A stretch of DNA of 39,303 nucleotides from Priapulus caudatus (GCF_000485595.1 NW_014577087.1:1119057-1158359); one strand, 5' to 3'. Positions 12,811-25,486 are shown, counted from the first letter of the stretch. The notes: generated by a model not told the origin, from the letters alone. Numbers and translations: made by a program.

Positions 12811-13155
12811 ACGTCATTGCATTATGGACAGAGCCACTAGCTGTCTAGTGTTCTGTGTCCAGCATCGCCCCACCCCTGCTGTTGTGCGCACCGTCGCGTT
12901 AGCAGGTGTTGAGTCACGCGCTGCTTAATTAACGTTAATTAATCGACTGCGCGTCCACAGGCAGCAATCTCAACGACCAGTTTCAATCTCCACAGCAACC
13001 CTACTCTCCTTTTTTATCACAAACGAGTAAACATCACTTAACAACATTGCAATTCTTGACGCATTATGGTAGAGGTTATTCTAATTAAAGGATCGCTTTG
13101 AATTAAACATGGGGTACGCTCGCTGTCCGCTGTTCACGACACGCGGCATTATGCA

Positions 13156-13194
<39 letters not shown>

Positions 13195-13204
13195 TCTCCT
13201 CTCC

Positions 13205-13254
<50 letters not shown>

Positions 13255-13280
13255 TTTCTATCTCTTCTCTCTCTTCTCTC

Positions 13281-13315
<35 letters not shown>

Positions 13316-13326
13316 TCGTCTTCCCT

Positions 13327-13362
<36 letters not shown>

Positions 13363-13391
13363 ACTCTCTCTCTCTCTTCTCTCTCTCTCTT

Positions 13392-13445
<54 letters not shown>

Positions 13446-13487
13446 TCGCTCTCTCTCGCTTTGTCTCTCTCCTCCTTTCTTTATTCC

Positions 13488-13533
<46 letters not shown>

Positions 13534-13725
13534 CTCCCTCTCGCTCGCGCTCTCTTCTCGTCTCGCTCTCTCTCGTTCGCTCTCTCTCGTTCGCCTCTCT
13601 CGCGTTCGTCCTCTTCTCGTTCGCTCTCTCTCGTTCCTCCTCTCGTTCGCTCTCTCTTCTCGCTCCTCTGTCTCTCTCTCTCGCTCGCTCTGTCTTTCTC
13701 GCTCCCTCTCTCTCTTCCCTCTTTG

Positions 13726-13760
<35 letters not shown>

Positions 13761-13950
13761 ACCTCCTCTCCCTCTCTGCTCGCGCTCTCTCTCATGCCTC
13801 TCTCTCTCTCTCGCTCCTCTCGCCTCTCTCGCGCTCTCTCTCTTTCTCAACCCTTTTTCTCTCTGTGTCTGATCTCCGCCTCCCTCCTCCCTCCCCTCTC
13901 TCTCCTGCCTCTCTCTCTCTCTCTTTTCTCTCTCTCATCTATCTATCTCC
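13156..13950. repeat. ~800-bp degenerate (CT)n tract
   Basis: Seen directly. Confidence 0.95.
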
Positions 13951-16071
13951 CCTTGACCCTGCGTCATATCGCCTTTATTTTTTAAACCTTAGCATAATAC
14001 AGAACGCACGCACGCCGCGCATGTACACGTACACACCATTACTGAATATTGCACGAAGATTGAAACGCTCTCGTGCGCAACTTCTCGCCTGACGGCGTCG
14101 GTGATGATGCGCAAGGTCTTGATTTCTGCTGCCTCTAATGAAAGCGATAACACTGCCTCTTAGGATTGTGGGCGCGTATTGATCCTTTTGCTTAGCCGAG
14201 AATCGACGTATAGTCGTAATGTTAACATAGGCTACTTACTTATCTGAGCGTTATAAAACTCTCTTAAACACCCACTTTCCGTTAAACATGATTTCCAACC
14301 ACGAGCTCCACCTCTACCTACCTCCACCACGAGAACTCCGCCCTCTACCGTCAAAAAACGGACCAATACGAAAATCGTTAGAAATAATAGGAAGTACTTG
14401 ACTGACGGGAAATGGTTCCGTGTTGTATAAACCGGCGTGGCAGGATGCTCCGTGCGTGCACTTACGGTCGCTTACATGCCGTTTGCTCTCGCATCGCACA
14501 CACTCCTGCTATATTTCCCATTTGACTTCCACGTAACGCGTGAGAGCAGCGAGGCTAAACTGACAGTTTTATGATCAATATGTTAGAGATTGCGCGTAAT
14601 ACATTATTGACGAGGTGCGGCGTTGCATCGGGGAAATGTCACTCCGAAAGTGCTAGACGCTAAAATCGTTCGCGATTTACTATTTGCTCGCGCTTTCCTC
14701 CTCGTGACCCTTAAAACATCGCCATAGAAAATATATAACACCGAGCACATTGTGCCTCGGAAAATCTCGCGCCATATAGATATTCCACGTATTACAATTA
14801 AGCTACTAATCACAAAGGCCGACATTGGTAGTTGCGTGCAATAACTCGCGTATCCTTGACTGCGCTGTGTGTAAAGCATATGCATTAGAAACAAAAATGC
14901 CTCCTTTTCTCATAACATATAACAAGCGCGCGTAGAACATAATTATACCTTGCCGCAATTTCGTCGCCGGAGATTTTATTCATCGGCGGCGGTGTTCTTT
15001 AATGGCTAGCATTCACTTCGCTTCCATTCGCTCGGCCGCCATTCAATCGGTCGCGTGCGTGCAGGTGTTAATATGCATGCTCGTTAAATATTACACGCGC
15101 GCCGGGTACGCGTGCACCGAATGTAGAACCTATAGACACAAGCTTGGTCATACGCAATGTTGACAGCCTATGAGTGATCAACAATAGTAAACGCTTTTCT
15201 GCTCGAAACAAGAAACAGATTCTTGATGGAGAAAAACCTTGATCGATGCGCGGTTATAATATCGTATATACAGTATTTTGACCCAGATATGCGATCGAGC
15301 GCTATATACCTTAGGCCATTCTTGTGATAAATTTTTAAAACTTTCCCGACTCTTTTGTCTTGTGAGCCGTCCCTCAAAACTTGCGTCTTCATCTCTGCAT
15401 TAGTAAATGTCTTCATTACTATGGCGATGATTTTTTTTATCTTGACCTGGTATGTTTATCTTCGTAACGTACGTACAAACCTACCGCCAAGTCCTTGTAT
15501 CATAATTTTAAAAATCAACGCTCGAAATATTTTATTTCTTTAATGGTGAACGTGATTTTAGCATGGTCTGTCATCCCTGAACCATCTTACCTTTACCTCA
15601 ATCCGTTCCCTTCTTACACCCCTACGCAACGATTGTTACATTGCTCCTTGCTCGTAATGACGTCTTAATCATCTTTACAGTGTGATCTTCTTCCTCCTCA
15701 GGTCTTTGCCCCAGCAAGCCGTGTTGACTCGTAACAACATGTAATGGCAGACCTCTTCACACTGCCTCTCTAACAAGTAACATCTCTCTCCACAGCTCCT
15801 TGTCTGTTCTGAACGCGTGTTATTTCTATGCTTCCCTTCTCCGCCGAGCCTTGATTTCACGCCACTTCTCTAATAGTGAAAATCCATCGCTGTGGCGCGT
15901 AATCGTTCTACACTTCCTTGTCCCACGAAGCCTTAAAAGATTCGTAACATCAAGTAACGGTACACACATTCACACCATCTCTCTAATGGTGAAATTCCAT
16001 CGCTATAGCGCGTATTATTTATGTTTCCTTTTCCCGCTAAGCCTCGTCGACCATGTAACGGTACTCGACGC

Positions 16072-16112
16072 TACTAACGACGCGTTCTCTCTCTTTTTCT
16101 CCGTCTCCGCAG
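16072..16112 (+). promoter_or_regulatory. Intron 3' end: branch point, polypyrimidine tract and AG acceptor for the VGAT exon
   Basis: Perfect TACTAAC at 16072-16078, then ttctctctctttttctccgtctccgc, then AG at 16111-16112, in phase 0 with the coding frame. Confidence 0.9.
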
Positions 16113-17285
16113 GGCATGTTCATCGTCAGTCTTCCTTACGCCGTACTGCACGGCGGCTACTGGGGCATCTTCGCGATGGTCGGCGTCTCGTACATCTGCT
16201 GCCACACGGGCAAGATCCTCGTCGACTGTCTGTACGAGGAAGACCAGTACGGCGTCAAGCACCGCGTGCGCGACAGCTACGTCGCCATCGCCGAGGTCGC
16301 GTGGGGCAAGCGCGTCGGCAGTCGCATCGTCAACATCGCGCAGATCATCGAGTTGCTGATGACGTGCATTCTGTACGTGGTGCTGTGCGGCGACTTGATG
16401 ATCGGCAGCTTCCCGGACAGCTCGATCGGCATCGCCTCGTGGATGACGATCGCTTGCACGCTGCTGCTGCCCTGCGCCTTCCTCAAGCACCTCGGCGCCG
16501 TCTCGTGGCTGAGCTTCTGGTGCAGCATGGTGCATCTCGTCATCAACATCATCATCCTCGGCTACTGCTTCTCGCGCGCCGGCGAGTGGGACTGGAGCAG
16601 CGTGAAGGTGAGCATCGACATCTGGACGTTCCCGATCGCGCTCGGCATCGTCGTCTTCAGCTACACGTCGCAGATCTTCCTGCCGACGCTCGAGGGCAAC
16701 ATGACGCGTCCGGACCGTTTCACGTGCATGCTCAACGTCAGCCACGTCGCCGCGGCCATCTTCAAGGCCGGCTTCGGCTGGCTCGGCTTCCTCACGTTCG
16801 GCTTCGCGACGCAGGAGGTGATCACGAACAATCTTCCGACGCCGAGCTTTAAGGCCGTCGTCAACATGATTCTCGTTGTCAAGGCGCTGCTCTCCTACCC
16901 GCTGCCGTTCTACGCCGCAGCCGAACTGCTCGAGACGGCGCTCTTCAACGAGAAGGCTGGCACGTGCTTCCCGTCCTGCTACCGCGACGACGGCGCCTAT
17001 AAGATCTGGGCAATCTCTCTGCGCATCCTACTCGTCGTCTTCACGCTCGTCATGGCCGTGTCCGTGCCGCACTTCGCCATCCTGATGGGACTCATCGGTA
17101 GCTTTACGGGAACGATGCTGTCGTTCGTCTGGCCGTGCTACTTCCACATGCGGCTAAAATGGAACACGCTCGGATGGCTGACGGTGATGTTCGACGCTTT
17201 CATCATCTTTCTCGGCTTCTGCTGCGGAACAATAGGCATCTACTACTCCGGTTACGCTCTCATAGTTGCGCTAAAGTATTACTAG
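16113..17285 (+). CDS. VGAT: Vesicular GABA transporter / vesicular inhibitory amino acid transporter (VGAT, VIAAT, SLC32A1, unc-47 family); terminal coding exon, 390 codons plus stop, 5'-partial
   Basis: The translation carries SLC32 signatures: GMFIVSLPYAVLHGGYWG, CCHTGKILVDCLYE, AQIIELLMTCILYVV, FSYTSQIFLPTLEGNM, EVITNNLP, KALLSYPLPF, PHFAILMGLIGSFTG. It has multiple hydrophobic TM segments and strong C/G third-position bias. The exon starts right after ...ctccgcag at GGC (Gly), so the ATG at 16116 is internal; homologues read WNVTNAIQ-GMF here. It ends at TAG 17283-17285. Confidence 0.96.
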   Translation, partial: GMFIVSLPYAVLHGGYWGIFAMVGVSYICCHTGKILVDCLYEEDQYGVKHRVRDSYVAIAEVAWGKRVGSRIVNIAQIIELLMTCILYVVLCGDLMIGSFPDSSIGIASWMTIACTLLLPCAFLKHLGAVSWLSFWCSMVHLVINIIILGYCFSRAGEWDWSSVKVSIDIWTFPIALGIVVFSYTSQIFLPTLEGNMTRPDRFTCMLNVSHVAAAIFKAGFGWLGFLTFGFATQEVITNNLPTPSFKAVVNMILVVKALLSYPLPFYAAAELLETALFNEKAGTCFPSCYRDDGAYKIWAISLRILLVVFTLVMAVSVPHFAILMGLIGSFTGTMLSFVWPCYFHMRLKWNTLGWLTVMFDAFIIFLGFCCGTIGIYYSGYALIVALKYY

Positions 17286-17309
17286 CATGTAATTATCGTG
17301 TATCCCGTA

Positions 17310-17310
<1 letters not shown>

Positions 17311-17360
<50 letters not shown>
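17311..17360. repeat. (TAA)n microsatellite 25 nt after the VGAT stop (3' UTR)
   Basis: Seen directly. Confidence 0.97.
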
Positions 17361-17396
17361 GTATAATGACTAGCCCACACCTCAATATGGCCTCCG

Positions 17397-18823
17397 CGCA
17401 TGACAGAAAGACGCGGCGACAGCCATGCAGCTATCCGTCTACCATCCGTGGAAGTGACGGCTCTCCAGGGGCCGGATTATACTGATACACGTCCTCCGAC
17501 CAAACTCCGGTCGAGCGTGCACTCGTGCGCGCGCCTGCTCTCGCAAGATGATTCGAATTTGAGAAGAGATAAGTGCGACGCGCGCGACCTCTATCGGATT
17601 CGCATTCCGGTAATGACTTCGAAGACGTGAGCCGATGTTTTTAATGTGAATCGATAGGTGAATATCGTGTTTAACCCTTTCTTAGATTGGAAAAACAACC
17701 GATGCTACGCTGGCGTCATATATAATAAGTGTAAAGTGGAATCTGGTAGTTCGTACACGTCGGCTGATGCTGGACAAACCTTCGTAGAAAATTAGAGCGA
17801 GGTGATCACCGTGATCTACCCAGCCTCGTATTTCGATGGATATCGTATATCATATTGCTATATCTGCGCTAGGATTTCTCACATCGTGTCTGCATGTTTC
17901 CTATGGGAATGGAATCTTGTTACGTGGAAAAAATCGCGGTCTTTTTCATGTGCGGTGATGTCAAAACGAGAACCTTGAAATGTGCCTACATCCAAATAAA
18001 TTTAAGCTGTCCTCCAAATATATTTACGGTTACATCCAAATAAATTTATCGTTACGTCCAAATAAATTCGAGGGGCTACACAGATAAATCTAACCAGACA
18101 TTCGCCGAGAGTTGATTCGACTGCTCCCTCCCCGCGCGTGCATGAATCCGGCACACACTCCTATCGACTACTAGTGACACTGATCGTCTTTTAACCGCCC
18201 TACGATATATAGGTTTATTTTATAGCCCCATATATAGGCAGTCTTCTCTCGCCCATATGTTCAGCGGTGCGGGGTGGCGCCGCCCGGCTGTGCGCGGCGC
18301 GGATTTATACACGGAAAACACGCGAAATAGTGCCGCAAGATTACGAGCTTCGCGTTCGTATATCGCCTGCCGCGTTTGCGCGCAAGAAATTAATATGACT
18401 GCAATGCCTATAAATACTGTAAATCACGTATCTGATCACGCAGGCCTCTCGGTCCGAGATTTAATACGCCATAAAACGGCCTTACTGCCACAATAGGGTT
18501 GGCAAATTGGCATCAAAATTGGCCAATTCCGAGTGTTCACTCCGGCAGAAAATTACGAGAGAGAGAGGAGACGGGCGGTTTTCGCGCAGTGTCAGCTGGA
18601 TATTAAACCACGACCATGCAGGCTGTCCCGTATATAAGCAGGCAGTACGGCAGGCGGGCAGGCGGGCAGGCGGGCAGCCGGGTAGGCAGATAGGTAGATA
18701 TGTAGACAGGCAGGCAGTCGGGTAAGCAGATAGGTAGATAGGTAGACAGGTAGGCAGTCGGGTAAGCAGATAGGTAGATAGGTAGACAGGTAGGCAGTCG
18801 GGTAAGCAGATAGGTAGATAGGT

Positions 18824-18854
<31 letters not shown>

Positions 18855-19238
18855 CGGGCATGCAGGCAGGCGGGCAGGCCGGCAGCCGGGTAGGTAGACA
18901 CAGGTAGATAGGTAGACGGGCAGGCAGGCAGGCGGGAAAGCAAGCAGAAATGTAGACAGGTAGAAGCAGGCAGGCAGTCGGACAGGTGGGCAGGTCGGAT
19001 GGCGAGAGACTGAGAGAGAAAGAAAGAGAGCGAGCGAGTAAAAGACAGAGATAAGACGAGTGAGTGAGAGATGAAGAGAAAGAATGAGATTGAGAAAGAT
19101 GGAGGGAGAGATATGGAGAGAGATGGGGAGAGATGGGGAGAGATACAATCTGGATCATGATCATGAATGATGGGGGCACCTCGTTTGTCGCCCTATCTAT
19201 AAGCTATATGCACAGATCACACACACACACACACACAC
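17397..19238 (+). repeat. Right arm of ~1.9 kb inverted duplication (partner 9940-11890); includes (GGCA/GATA) compound repeat with 40-bp higher-order unit at ~18680-18825
   Basis: Reverse-complement match to the left arm. The ggtaagcagataggtagataggtagacaggtaggcagtcg unit starts at 18721, 18761 and 18801. Confidence 0.95.
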
Positions 19239-19248
19239 NNNNNNNNNN
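19239..19248. other. Assembly gap (10 N)
   Basis: Run of N. Confidence 1.
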
Positions 19249-20129
19249 ACGAACAACGCGGTGCTGCGCGTACACGCGCGCGTGCACTCACACGAACGCG
19301 TGCATGAACAACGCGGTGCTGCGCGTACACGCGCGCGTGTACTCACACGAACGCGTGCATGCACAGCGCGGTGCCGCGTGTGCACGCGCGCGTGCACTCA
19401 CACGATCGCGTGCATACAAGTGTGACAAGTGTGAGCACTCGCCGGCTTTGTCAACAAACACGCGTGTCATTTTCTCCCGCGTACTTAAAACAACAAGCAC
19501 GCGCGTGCGGGTGGTGGATGAGGCCGATTTTTCCTGTTAATAATGTATATTTCGATGCATCGCTGTCGTCTACAATAGCGCGTTCTTATCTGCTGCCTGC
19601 ATGCAAAGCGCTCGCTGTCACATCGTTTGGCTTCCCTCCCTCTCCTCATGCATACTCATCGCTGTGGGTTCAGGGCCCCGTGCCGCAGGGATGCGCGTGC
19701 GCGCGCTTCGTAACTCGATCAGCTATAGACGGGCGCGTGTTTCTAGCGACAAAACCCAAAGCCGCTGCCGACGGAGATGAGCGGAGAGAGAAGTTAACCG
19801 CCGCGCACGTCTATGTTATCACTGTCCTACGGGGGTGGTGGGTGGGGGTATTGGTGGAGGGTACGTACGCACCTTACGTCACCCGAGGGGAATATTGCAT
19901 TCTTATTGACGCTCGTCTCTTGTTTGTTGCCGGTGTGTCACTAGATCCACGGGGCAATAATGTGTTGCCCAAACACGGCTTATTGGCAGTTGATCAGCGC
20001 TGGCGCGGCCACCGCGGGAATATACGGCTGCTGCTGCTGCTGCTGCTGCGGCTGCTGCTACTGCTACTGCTGCTGCTGCTGCTACTACTACTACTGCTGC
20101 TACTGCTACTGCTGCTGCTGATGCTATTG

Positions 20130-20188
<59 letters not shown>

Positions 20189-20502
20189 ACTACTGCTGCT
20201 GCTGCTACTACTACTGTTCCTGTTGCTGCTACTGCTGCTACTGCTACTACTGCTACTACTACTACTGCTCTCCGCTCAGCTTCAGTCGAGCGGCGATGGT
20301 TATGTGTGGGCCGCACGCATGCAGCATCAGCACCACGGCCAGCTGCGCAGCGCCCGATATTGGCTCGTGCATAATAAGTGCGTCGGCAAATAGCGGCTAC
20401 GATCGCCGGACAAAATCTTTCTAATTAAAATTTAAAATTCAATATTTACACGTTACCGGCGAAGAGGCCGTAATTTCGTGAGGCGCGCGAGTAGTGACGA
20501 CA
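19249..20502 (+). repeat. Block A, copy 1 (55-bp minisatellite, unique core, (CTG/CTA)n, unique tail); direct repeat of ~25800-27661
   Basis: Shared segments include gtgagcactcgccggctttgtca at ~19431 and ~26005; both copies end at gaggcgcgcgagtagtgacgaca. Confidence 0.93.
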
Positions 20503-22444
20503 TTAATAAACCGACGCACGCCTTATTACCCCCCGCGTGTTTATGAAACACCCACTGAAACATTAACTGGGACTATACATGCATGCGCGTGGATGCTACG
20601 CGACCATAGTGTTTGAATCCGGCTGGCTATCATCAACAGCGGGGTATCGACATGTAATTGATGCTATGTGCACACGAAGTAATGATGATCAACATCATCT
20701 AGTAATACCTCAGCTGTCAACGCACGCGACAACGCGCCATCCCTCCACCGACTGTATAGGGCGGGCGCGCTTTACGCGCGACGACACACACATCCGCGTT
20801 GTACGAAATACACCAGCAATACGTGGCCTTTTCCTCTGCGAAGCGCAATAATTATAGAATAAGTAGTTATTCCGTATAGGCTGACCGTATGTATGTGTAT
20901 GTACGAGTACAGGCAGAGAGAACCTGTGGTATCAAGCAGTCTTGAATCGATACAAGTACACGAAGGCAATAAAAAATGCGATAGGTACCACGTGATATCC
21001 AGCATTGCTATCCTCTAGTCTATTAGGCCGAAGGTGCTGCCATCTACTCAATAAAGCGGGCAGTGGCGCCCTCTGGTAGGTGGTATCGATAAGGTGAATG
21101 CCAACCTGACTAAACATCGTCCCTAAAATAGCCTAACATGAATATACAGATTGGTGAGGCCTCATGTCTGCATGGCTGGTACCGCGGGAATAGACATTGA
21201 AAAAAAAAACTGTATGTGTGCTATGACACGAAAGCAGTCGGTAGGTGGTAGAAGAGAACGATCGACGTTCCCACATACGGTAGCGACGGTCACGAATATG
21301 TTATATGATGTTATCTAATCGCAAATGGTCTCTAGAAAATGTTATGATAGCTAAACAACAATGTATACGCGCGTCTATATATATATATATATATATATAT
21401 TATACTGTAGTAAAACATTGCCATAGATTTTACAGTTTAGAATCTGTTTTAGTCACGGATGGATAGTGATCTCGACGGGTGATTCGAACGAGATGCGTAT
21501 GACAATCAAAAAACAGAAATGACAGTCAATACCACAGAAAATGAGTCCTGATTCTCACGTGCAGTGTACGTGAGATTTCTAGCACTAATTATTAGGTATT
21601 TCGCGAAAGTTGTCTTTGAAATCACGCAAGAATGTCTGTTAGATGTAGGGCGTACTTCGTTTCACCGGGTTTAGCTCTCCTGTTGGAAGCATATGGAACT
21701 AGACTGCCAGGATCCTCGCCGTTCCTTTCATGTTTTAGTGTAACCTGTTTTACAAGCGGCCATGTTGCAACACAATAATATGCGTTTGTTCAGGTGTATC
21801 ACTGTTCGAGCACTAACCTATATAGGGGCATAACTACTCTAGGTACTTCACTATATGCAGGAGCTATTAGCGCGTCAAATAGTGATACACCTCCTATATA
21901 TATGCGCGTAATTGACATAGGTGGGTTCTGTTTATGTCAAATCCGCTCATTAACGCGTATGTCTCTAGATTTGCCAGAAATCAAATTGGTTCGTTTAAAA
22001 CACATGGGCTCGAGAATTATCCGACGCCACGTCCGACTGTTTCTCACCCCGTAGCCCCACGTAATGTTCACCAACCCAATCGCATTCTATACGTGTATGT
22101 CGAATATGCACATATCAGGTGTACCGAGGTTCGACATATTATAGTGAATATCGCTCGTATACGTTGAACTGCCGGATGCGCCTGGAGTGATGGATCGTAT
22201 GTCGGATAGCGACGTAGCGTCTAACGAAACTTGTTTATTAGTTGTATAGTAAATAATTAGCCGATGACACACCGGTCAGTGTGTTACACTCGCAGTGCAT
22301 CATTGCAGATTTATGTGTATATATGCAGAGAAACGGAGGGGAGCGCACGAGGGGCCAAAGAGCAGCGAGACAAGGGAGAGCGAGAAGCAAAGAAGCGGAG
22401 CGAGAGGGAAGCGAGAGCGAGAAGCAAATAGCGAGGGGGAGAGC

Positions 22445-22504
<60 letters not shown>

Positions 22505-23638
22505 GCAGAGGAGGAAAATTGGGGGAGAAAGGAGCGCGCTAGCGAGCAAGCGAGTAGGAGAGAGATAGAGAGAGAGAGAGAGAAGAGGGAGCGCGAGAGA
22601 GGAGAGAGAGACGAGTGGTGTGTGAGAGAGAGCGTGAGAGAATGCGTACTGGCAGAGGAAACAAAAACCTCATGCGTATGCAAGAGGGAACAAAAAACCC
22701 TCACGGAACAAAGGCAATAACTAAAACGAACAGTTACGAAGGCCAGCTTATGATGAATACAAACGCATATTGTTCGTCCGAAGCCTGCTCGTGCAAGTGT
22801 GTAATAAGTAATCACGCTAGTCGGAAAATTATGTACGCGCGTATAGAATATCTATGTGCCATGAACTCTTCATTGTTGTCATCTCTCTCGTCTCCAGTGT
22901 AAAGAATTTACAAGCTCGTTCCGTAACCGTAACAAGTTGATCATCGAGTCGTTGCTTCGACACATAGCCTCTTCTATATCTGTAGCGTGATTAAAATATA
23001 AGGAGTGGATAAATTCGATATGGCATTTGTCACTTAAAAAGGCTGCCCAGCGTGTCAGAGAGGCAGCGTCGACGCTTAACTCTGTACGTGAATTTTTTTT
23101 GTGCCAATATGAATGTAAAACGTAATTCAGCGTGTATCTTGTGTACACAGTCCATTCTTTCATCATGCATATATATATGTATATAATATTATATATATAT
23201 ATATATATTATATAATATATATATAATATCGTACACGTAAAAGACATCAAATATGTAAGATGTCGGGCAAAGCTATACAAAGTATTGATTCATGCTATTC
23301 TCGTACTTACTGGCACATACTTTACTTGTGGAAACCCTACAGTGTTTGTAACAAATATCAATGTATGACGGAAACAGTCAGACATACATATATACACATT
23401 ATACACAGATATCAATTATATGTAATTGTGAGAAATATGTTGCAAGGTTTCAATTAAATCCGTTAATTTTCAATGCGAATCTAGAGTTACGCTTCTACGC
23501 CTAACCTATCGTCATCATGACTATCAACATGTCAGATAATCAACTTCATCATTGCACTCACATCACAGTGAAAATCTCACGCGATAGAGAAAGCCATAAT
23601 ATAATATATATATATAATATATATATATATATATAGTT

Positions 23639-23689
<51 letters not shown>

Positions 23690-23703
23690 TGTGTGTGTGT
23701 GTG

Positions 23704-23736
<33 letters not shown>

Positions 23737-23741
23737 CGTGC

Positions 23742-23776
<35 letters not shown>

Positions 23777-24329
23777 GCGGTGTGTGTAAGGCGTGTGTGC
23801 GCGTGCGTGCGTGTGGTGCTTTCGTTACATGCTAGCCGACCGTAGCCTTGCATCGACGGGCCGTACACGGCAGGGCGACACGCAGGCGACGGCAGTAATC
23901 ACAATACGTCAAACGGGAGACAAGGGGGATGACTCTTACAGATGAGATCAGGCTGCTCGCTGTGTAAACATGCCGGCTTCGGGCGTGTAGTCTGGCTCGT
24001 AAGTCACGGGGAGCGAGCGTGATGCGGAGTCATCGGCTATACGGTGACGCGGTGGGCGAAACAATAGCTGATCCTCTCTCTGTTCGCCCACGCACACATA
24101 CAAACACATTTACACATACGCCCGCGCGTACGCACACACGCACCCACACACGCACGTACCACTTATATGCGAGCGCACGCGCGCACACGCACGTAACACT
24201 CCGCGCGCACGCACGCAACACATGTTCACGCACATGCACACTTACGCGCGCCGACTCAGCTGACGCACGCACACACGCGCGCACACGCACATACCCCCCC
24301 TACACACACAATATATATATATATATATA

Positions 24330-24386
<57 letters not shown>

Positions 24387-24735
24387 GTATACGTATACTT
24401 AAGCGATTAATCAAACGACAAGATGTATTGGGACGTAAGGCGTAGGTTTGAGACATTGTTAAAGTTCAATATTTTATCCCAACTGTTTGACTTGAACCAT
24501 GCTATCATTTGACTATGTAAGGACAATATTTGCGCTCGGTTATGGCAAATATAAATTGCAAGCGCGTCGCGAGCAGGCCAGCGCGACCGAGAGACACAAG
24601 GAGTTGACGCTCACAAATGAGATGACAACTTATTCCGTGTTGTCCTTCTACTCTGCAAACAGACGGCTCCCATGGCCGCCTTCCTGCGTCACTGGGTGTG
24701 TTGTGTGTGTGTGTGCTGTGTGTGTGTGTGGTGTG

Positions 24736-24766
<31 letters not shown>

Positions 24767-24850
24767 TGTGTGTGCGTGTGCGTGTGCGTGCGTGTGCGTG
24801 TGTTGTGTGTGTGCGTGTGTGCGTGTGTGTGCGTGTGTGTGTGTGTATAT
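20500..24850 (+). repeat. Block B, left arm of ~4.4 kb inverted duplication (partner 32086-36692)
   Basis: Shared segments include acggctcccatggccgccttcctgcgtca (~24663) vs tgacgcaggaaggcggccatgggagccgt (~32253), and gatagtgatctcgacgggtgattcgaa (~21462) vs ttcgaatcacccgtcgagatcact (~35595). Microsatellites occur in mirrored order. Confidence 0.96.
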
Positions 24851-25423
24851 ATAACAGGTCGTTCTTATAAACCGAACAGACATTACTTTACATACACATA
24901 TAACTATATACCCCCCCCCCGCAAAGTAATCAGGTGCGAGACGCGCGTGAGCTTTCATATCGGCTGACGATTTCACGAACATTAGATCATCAGTTAAAGT
25001 TAGAGATTAATTTAAACGATTAGTAGTAGGATCGATTCGACCTTCATATTTGACATTTACACGACAACGCGTTTCATGCGTGGCATTCAGACGTCCAACA
25101 ATGACAGGTGACATCAATTCATCGTAAACTCGAGTTAAATACGTATTTGTGGTAAACCATTCGGTGATTATTATGGGACGGTGCCAGAAACATCGTAACT
25201 CAGCGATAATGATTCGTGTGATTCACAACACAGGGGAAGAGTTACGACCTAAAGTAATATTACGACTAAAATGCTTCTGACACGACCCCAGCCCTGATCT
25301 TTAACACTGACCTAACGTCAAAGGCGTTATAAAGGTGTGTTCGCGATAGCGACTCTTTCCCCCTTTCTCTGTCAGCATGCCATGTAGGTGTTTTATTATT
25401 AACAACGCTGCTGCAGCAGTATT

Positions 25424-25486
<63 letters not shown>

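Noticed and set aside
16116..16118. ATG as the VGAT start codon
   Set aside because: It falls inside the conserved first TM motif (IQGMF) and sits 3 nt after a strong splice acceptor.
15800..16852. 350-aa + strand ORF and antisense ORFs (16074-16745, 16277-16555, 16661-16882) overlapping VGAT
   Set aside because: These are shadow frames kept open by the high GC3 of the true exon. The products are Arg/His/Ala-rich with no family signature.
1612..17480. TAATCC/GGATTA (Pitx/UNC-30-type) sites, e.g. 1612, 1631, 7448, 11807, 17474
   Set aside because: Isolated hexamers at a frequency expected by chance in 39 kb.
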